From: an uncultured cyanobacterium
Lineage (GTDB): Bacteria; Cyanobacteriota; Cyanobacteriia; CAKZMO01
DNA length: 64,000 nucleotides
Assembly (NCBI GenBank): GCA_963719515.1
Contig: CAVRCJ010000006.1
Span: 224,001-288,000 of the forward strand
Direction of reading: 5' to 3'
The notes under the pieces are model-generated. The model saw only the letters and a list, made by a program, of their open reading frames with translations, did no database searches and was not told where the DNA came from. Both the position numbers and the translations under genes were made by a program. Shown one piece after another: positions 58,902 to 64,000 of this stretch (positions within the stretch are counted from its first letter, which is position 1; every line of letters begins with the position of its first letter).

Positions 58902-60542
58902 GTGTCGAACTCCATGCGCAAGCACCTCAGGCAAAAGATCGCCTTGATTGAGAATTTAACCATTTCGGGCTTTGCCCTATTTGCCTTAGCCGGAGTTCTT
59001 CAGCACGAGATGTGGCGGGATGAGCTTCAGTCGTGGATGTTGGCGAGGGACAGTACTTCGATTGCCAACCTTTTTCAAAATATGGCATACGAAGGTCATC
59101 CAGCACTGTGGCATCTCTGTCTCTACGGGCTGAGTCAGATAACGTCCGATCCCCTGATCATGCAGCTCTTTAACCTGTTGATCTCGATTGGAACCATCTG
59201 TTTGATTGTCAAAGCCTCTCCTTTTCCACTCATTCAAAGAGTTTTGCTTTCCTTTGGATATTTCACATTTTTCGAATACACGTTTATTAGCAGAAACTAC
59301 AGTATTGGCGTCCTGCTATCGGTCTTGTTTTGCGTAATTTACGCTCACCTAGGGCGACGATACCTGGCGCTCTGCGTCGTAATTTTTTTGCTTGCCAACA
59401 CCAACGCCTACAGCCTGATTGTCAGTCTAGCGCTAGCCCTGTTTTTGGTTTTAGAGGCAAGAGCGCAGCCGAGCGATCGCTGGCGAATGCCATCACAGCT
59501 GGTGTCTGGCCTAATTATTGCCGGGTTTGGCTGGCTCCTGTCTGGGCTACAAATTACGCGCGCTGCCATTCCTCAGATTATGGAGGGTCTGGGGCTAACA
59601 GCTCTAGTTCGAGGGTCAGAGCAGATCGTCATCACGTCAGGAATGCTGAGCGCAGGGCCAGTCTTACCTGAGCAAGTCAACCGCTTTGTTTACGCTGTTG
59701 CCGAAATCTGGCGCAGCTATGTTCCTATCCCGGCAGTGTTTAGACCCTGGTTCTGGAACTCCAACATCTTGGATTTACTGAGCGAGCGGTTTCAGTTGGT
59801 AACGGTTTATGGCGTCCCTATCGGAATTTCTATCGCCTTCGTGCTCTCGCTGTTCTTAATTGCGGCGGTTGCCTATTTCTTTTCCCCCGATCGGACCGTG
59901 CTCTCGACGTACCTATTTGGAACGTCAGCCCTGATTTTGTTCAGGACTGTGGTCCATGACAGCGTGTTCGCCCGCCATCGAGGGCACTTCTTTATTCTAT
60001 TTGTTCTTTGCTTTTGGCTGCTGGAGGTCAGGGCGTCTCGCAGGTCTTCGGTATCAGAAAAGCCCGTAGTCTTTGGGCAAGGTCAGCTGCGGCTCCGATT
60101 TTTGTCGGTTATCCTTTGTCTGCAGGCGATCGCCGGCATCTACACCGCCAGCGTCGATTACCTCCGCCCCTTCTCCGCCGGAGAGGACACCGCCCGGTTT
60201 ATTCAGCAAAGTGGCCTGGCGGAGGTTCCCATTTTTGGGAGTCCCTACAGAGAAGCGTCTGTTATTTCTGGCTACCTAGATGTCCCTATTTACTACCCTG
60301 AAAAGCAGGCAACTGGAAGCTTTTGGACCTATCGTCTGCCAGACATTGAGAGCGAGACCAAACTGGTGCAGCGGGTGGAAGAGCGGCTAGACGAGGTTGA
60401 CGGCGCTCGGCTTTTGCTCGTGCTGACGGAGCCGTTGAGCGCAGCTCCATCCGCATCCCTAGAGGTTCAGGAGCTGGCACACTTCAAGGACTCCATTAAC
60501 CTAGAGGAAAATTTCTATCTCTACCTGGCTGAGCGCCGATGA
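58902..60542 (+). CDS. Polytopic membrane protein, probable GT-C fold glycosyltransferase
   Basis: HEMWRDE after TM1, YEGHPALW, EY..ISRNY; many TMs. Confidence 0.6.
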   Translation: MSNSMRKHLRQKIALIENLTISGFALFALAGVLQHEMWRDELQSWMLARDSTSIANLFQNMAYEGHPALWHLCLYGLSQITSDPLIMQLFNLLISIGTICLIVKASPFPLIQRVLLSFGYFTFFEYTFISRNYSIGVLLSVLFCVIYAHLGRRYLALCVVIFLLANTNAYSLIVSLALALFLVLEARAQPSDRWRMPSQLVSGLIIAGFGWLLSGLQITRAAIPQIMEGLGLTALVRGSEQIVITSGMLSAGPVLPEQVNRFVYAVAEIWRSYVPIPAVFRPWFWNSNILDLLSERFQLVTVYGVPIGISIAFVLSLFLIAAVAYFFSPDRTVLSTYLFGTSALILFRTVVHDSVFARHRGHFFILFVLCFWLLEVRASRRSSVSEKPVVFGQGQLRLRFLSVILCLQAIAGIYTASVDYLRPFSAGEDTARFIQQSGLAEVPIFGSPYREASVISGYLDVPIYYPEKQATGSFWTYRLPDIESETKLVQRVEERLDEVDGARLLLVLTEPLSAAPSASLEVQELAHFKDSINLEENFYLYLAERR

Positions 60543-60573
60543 CGTCGAGGCGGATTGTAGCACTTTTTTATTT

Positions 60574-61119
60574 CTAAGCAAGAATTTGCTGCAGTGGGGA
60601 CGTCACCTGCATATAGTGCCGAAGGATATGCAGCGCCGTATCGTTGCGGATAGCGAGTCTGCAGACCTGACGCTGCCACAGCGTCAGGTCTAGCCTTTCA
60701 TGCATGCGGCTGAGCTGTTGCGTAGAGCAGGCCTTGAACTCATCTATGATCTCGGTAATGCCGTCTTGCTCAATCTCACCGCTGAGCAGCACAATACCGC
60801 AGACGCGGCTGGGGGTAACGGCAAAGTCGTCGAGAGAGAGACCGCAATACCGCTCCGGCAGGGCCAGCCAATGGTCTTGTATCGTTTGGCCGCTGGCGTT
60901 GAGCAGCATCTTACCGCTGAACAGGTTGCCAAACAGGCTCTCTTGCCGATAGGTATATAGGGCGATGAAGTGGGCGTTTAGGCTGGAGTAGTCGTATGTC
61001 CTGGAAGACTCTGGTCGCCTGTGGTGGGCACTAGGGGACGGGCTATCCCCGGCATCCTGATGGGCTGCGCCAGCAGAGAGGCTGCGCTGATGAGCGTTGC
61101 GTTCTAAACAATGAGCCAT
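60574..61119 (-). CDS. RAYT/Y1 tyrosine-transposase-like protein with degenerate HUH motif
   Basis: HHRR...YDYS, LFG...MLLNASG, FKA, WQR...IRN...HY follow the RAYT layout; MPNHxHG is replaced by TPSRVCG; start 61119 or 61158. Confidence 0.75.
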   Translation of the reverse strand: MAHCLERNAHQRSLSAGAAHQDAGDSPSPSAHHRRPESSRTYDYSSLNAHFIALYTYRQESLFGNLFSGKMLLNASGQTIQDHWLALPERYCGLSLDDFAVTPSRVCGIVLLSGEIEQDGITEIIDEFKACSTQQLSRMHERLDLTLWQRQVCRLAIRNDTALHILRHYMQVTSPLQQILA

Positions 61120-61234
61120 AGCTCGAAATCCTGAGACACCCGTTTGGAGAGTACCCACATCCGAATAGCCTACCTGCCCCGTACAATCGCCAAATTTTGC
61201 CGTCTTGCCCGATCTCAGCCTGAGGGTTAGCGCA

Positions 61235-61253
61235 AGTATAGTTCAGGTATACT
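61235..61253. promoter_or_regulatory. Back-to-back -10 boxes (TATACT on each strand)
   Basis: AGTATA-GTTCAGG-TATACT between the divergent RAYT-like and topA genes. Confidence 0.5.
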
Positions 61254-61300
61254 ATGAAATGTGATATAAAAGCGCTTGAGCGGCTAGCGATAAGGATACC

Positions 61301-63550
61301 ATGGCCAACTTGCTCCTGATTGAAAGCCCCGGCAAGCTGAAAAAGCTGGGGCAAATCCTCGGGCCCGACTGGGTTGTCAAAGCCAGTATGGGACATGTGC
61401 GAGAGCTCGCCAACGATGGTGAAGACGCCCTCGGGTTTGATCTAAGCGATCGCCAGCAGTCAGGCCGCAGCGGCGATCCCCTCATTCCCTGTCGCTATCA
61501 GCCCCGCGATGCCCGCTCTAAGAAGGTGCTCTCTGAGCTGCGGCAGGCGGTTAAAAGAGCCGACGCGGTATACATCGCCACCGACCCCGATCGCGAGGGA
61601 GAAACCATCGGCTGGCACCTGCAGCAGGCGCTGCACCTCAAAAATCCCCACCGGGTGGTGTACAGCGAGATTACCCCCCAAGCCGTGCGGGCGGCGATCG
61701 CGCGCCCCCGAGCTTTGGATCAAAACCTGGTGGCGGCGGGCCGCGCCCGCGACTGCCTGGATAAGCTGGTGGGCTATAAGGGAAGCCGGCACGTGGTGTG
61801 GCCTTTAAACAACGGCGCTAAGTCGATGGGCCGGGTTCAGAGCGCGGCACTGCACCTGCTCTGCCAGAGAGAGCGGGAAATTCAGGCGTTTGTGCCTCAG
61901 GACTACTGGAGCGTTTGGGTGAGGTATGAGGAGGGGTTTAAGGCGTTTTACCGCAGCAGCCCCAAGCCGAAGCGGAAGGCTAAGGGGGGAGAGGACTCTC
62001 AGGATAAAGAGGGCGATCGCGTCACCTCACAAGAGCGGGCTGACGCGCTGGTGGCGATCGCTCAATCCCATCCCCACCGAATCATTCACCTAGAGGCCAA
62101 GCAGACCAAACAGTCCCCGCCGCCCCCCTTCGTCACCTCTACCCTGCAGCAGGCGGCCGGTCCAAAGCTCCGCCTCAGCCCTGAGCAGACCATGAAGGTG
62201 GCCCAAGCGCTCTACGAAAAGGGCTACATCACCTATATGCGTACCGACTCTATTAGCCTAGCGGCCCCTTTCCGCCAGGCGGTGCGTCGCTATTTGCAGC
62301 AGCACGACCCCGATAATCTCCCTGCTAGAGCCGTCCAACATCGGAGCGTCAAGGGATCCCAAGAGGCTCACGAGGCGATTCGACCGACTGAGGTCGACCG
62401 TCTGCCTCAAGACCGGCGCGAGCTGTCCTCTGACGAGGCCAGTCTTTACGCCCTGATTTGGAACCGTGCTGTAGCCTCCCAATGCGCCCCTGCCCAGCTG
62501 AACAAAACCCGCGTCGTCACCCAGTCGGGAGAAGCCTACTGGGAAGCGCGAGGGCAGGTGGTGGCGTTTGCGGGCTATACCCGCTACTGGAATAATCTCA
62601 GCGCCGATGCAGTGCTGCCCGCCTTAATTCAAGGGCAGACCGTGACCCTACAGCAGGCCCAGGCCGACCCAAAGCAAACCCAGCCTCCACCGCGCTATAG
62701 CGAGCCCAAGCTAGTGAAGCTGATGGAGCAAAAGGGTATCGGTCGCCCTAGCACCTACGCCCCCACCATCAAAACCCTGCGGCAGCGGCAGTATGTGGCG
62801 CTGCAGAAAGGAAAGCTGACGCCGACGCCCTTAGGACTGTCGCTGGATACGGCCTTAGAAACCCTGCTGCCGGATCTGATTCAGCCGGAGTTCACCGCCC
62901 AGATGGAAGCCGCCTTAGACGCGATCGCTACTGGAGGGCAAGAGTGGCAGACCTACCTGACGGACTGGCACCAGCGCTACTTTGCCCCAGCCTTAGAGCG
63001 GGCGCGACAGCAGCTGCCTTCAGTGCTCTCTACGGGAATGCCGTCGAAGACGATTGACGGCGGCCCGCCAACAGGGCAGTCCCGTGATTCCCTTCAGCCC
63101 GAACGCCCGCCAACAGCGGCGCTCCCAGCCAAGTCATCGCGATCGCCCGCCTCAAAATCTCCCCAGCCCAAAGCGACGCCCTGTCCTACCTGCGGTGAGG
63201 CGATGAACAAAGTGCCTTCCCGCTCTAAAAAGCTCAAAGCCAAGCACTTTTTGCGCTGCTCCGGCACCTGCGGCACGGTGATGTTTTGGAATCCGAAAGC
63301 CGGCTATGAGCTACCCTATGCTCAGCGCAATGCCACTAACCCAGACAGTTTTACTGACCATCCCTGCCCCGTGTGCGGGGCGCTGCTAGAGCGATACGCC
63401 TACAAAAAGGAGGGGCAAGACAAGGTGATGCTGCGCTGCTCAATTCTTGACCACCGCCGGGAAAAGTGCAGCGAGGTGGCTTTTTTTCAGAGTCGCGGTG
63501 AGTTCTGGTCGCCTAAGTTTGGCACTCTGGCTGAAGGGAACAAGCGCTAG
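61301..63550 (+). CDS. topA: Type IA DNA topoisomerase with C-terminal zinc ribbons
   Basis: [20 protein letters not shown], catalytic [26 protein letters not shown], CPxCG ribbons. Confidence 0.93.
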   Translation: MANLLLIESPGKLKKLGQILGPDWVVKASMGHVRELANDGEDALGFDLSDRQQSGRSGDPLIPCRYQPRDARSKKVLSELRQAVKRADAVYIATDPDREGETIGWHLQQALHLKNPHRVVYSEITPQAVRAAIARPRALDQNLVAAGRARDCLDKLVGYKGSRHVVWPLNNGAKSMGRVQSAALHLLCQREREIQAFVPQDYWSVWVRYEEGFKAFYRSSPKPKRKAKGGEDSQDKEGDRVTSQERADALVAIAQSHPHRIIHLEAKQTKQSPPPPFVTSTLQQAAGPKLRLSPEQTMKVAQALYEKGYITYMRTDSISLAAPFRQAVRRYLQQHDPDNLPARAVQHRSVKGSQEAHEAIRPTEVDRLPQDRRELSSDEASLYALIWNRAVASQCAPAQLNKTRVVTQSGEAYWEARGQVVAFAGYTRYWNNLSADAVLPALIQGQTVTLQQAQADPKQTQPPPRYSEPKLVKLMEQKGIGRPSTYAPTIKTLRQRQYVALQKGKLTPTPLGLSLDTALETLLPDLIQPEFTAQMEAALDAIATGGQEWQTYLTDWHQRYFAPALERARQQLPSVLSTGMPSKTIDGGPPTGQSRDSLQPERPPTAALPAKSSRSPASKSPQPKATPCPTCGEAMNKVPSRSKKLKAKHFLRCSGTCGTVMFWNPKAGYELPYAQRNATNPDSFTDHPCPVCGALLERYAYKKEGQDKVMLRCSILDHRREKCSEVAFFQSRGEFWSPKFGTLAEGNKR

Positions 63551-63951
63551 CTCAGTCGGTGACCCGTTCGACAGCGCTGCCGTCCCGCGTAGGTTCTAGC
63601 GCTAGAGCGGTGTAGGGCGACTTGGGGTCCATTCCGAATTGTTGACGGCCGAGGGGCTGATGACTGGTGGCACAGCCGTAAGCCGTAAGCCCAGCAAATA
63701 CTGGCGGACTACGTTGACGTAAGGTAGCAGGGCGGGGGCTTTAGCGAATCATAGCTGCCCATATCTAGGCTTGCTGTGCGGCTAGCTCTTGCCGAGAGTG
63801 CAAAGCTCAATTCACTTTTGCGTTCTGGTGCGATCACAAGCATGAACAGGCTCATGTCGTCAGGACTACTGTTGCCCTTGACGATTGCGCACTACAATGA
63901 TGACATTCTACCAAACGTGCAACGGTTACACCGGCAAGGGAAATCACCGCT

Positions 63952-64000
63952 ATGCGACAAAATATACTGGCCATACTCGTTGGCATCGGCCTGGGTCTTA
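63952..64000 (+). CDS. Possible exported protein, 3'-truncated by window edge
   Basis: MRQNILAILVGIGLGL reads like a signal peptide. Confidence 0.4.
   Translation, partial: MRQNILAILVGIGLGL

Overview
Chromosomal window from a cyanobacterium. The evidence is the frequent HIP1 octamer GCGATCGC, sasA, ftsH3 and PTPA-CTERM/cyanoexosortase C genes; a filamentous Leptolyngbya/Nodosilinea-like lineage is plausible but unproven. About 55 CDS; no rRNA, tRNA or CRISPR array seen. The left third is mostly housekeeping (cation-chloride transporter, sasA, tsaB, ftsH3, eda, ubiH-like, hemC) followed by a 7-PAS adenylate cyclase. Most notable: (1) a 71-aa secreted peptide with three identical 16-aa cores that differ only at synonymous sites; (2) a cysE-cysH fusion gene behind a Cys-rich TetR, with a shared operator upstream of both genes; (3) a GH19 lysozyme-like enzyme carrying an unrecognised 4x ~60-aa repeat domain, with a LexA-like palindrome upstream; (4) an intact RAYT-type transposase lacking its HUH histidines, divergent from an atypical topA; (5) a cyanoexosortase C locus with three PTPA-CTERM substrates; (6) features missed by the ORF track: an internally deleted tnpB relic, a 44-aa membrane microprotein and a Pho-box-like array upstream of a secreted nuclease. 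All calls come from reading motifs by eye; no database searches were run.
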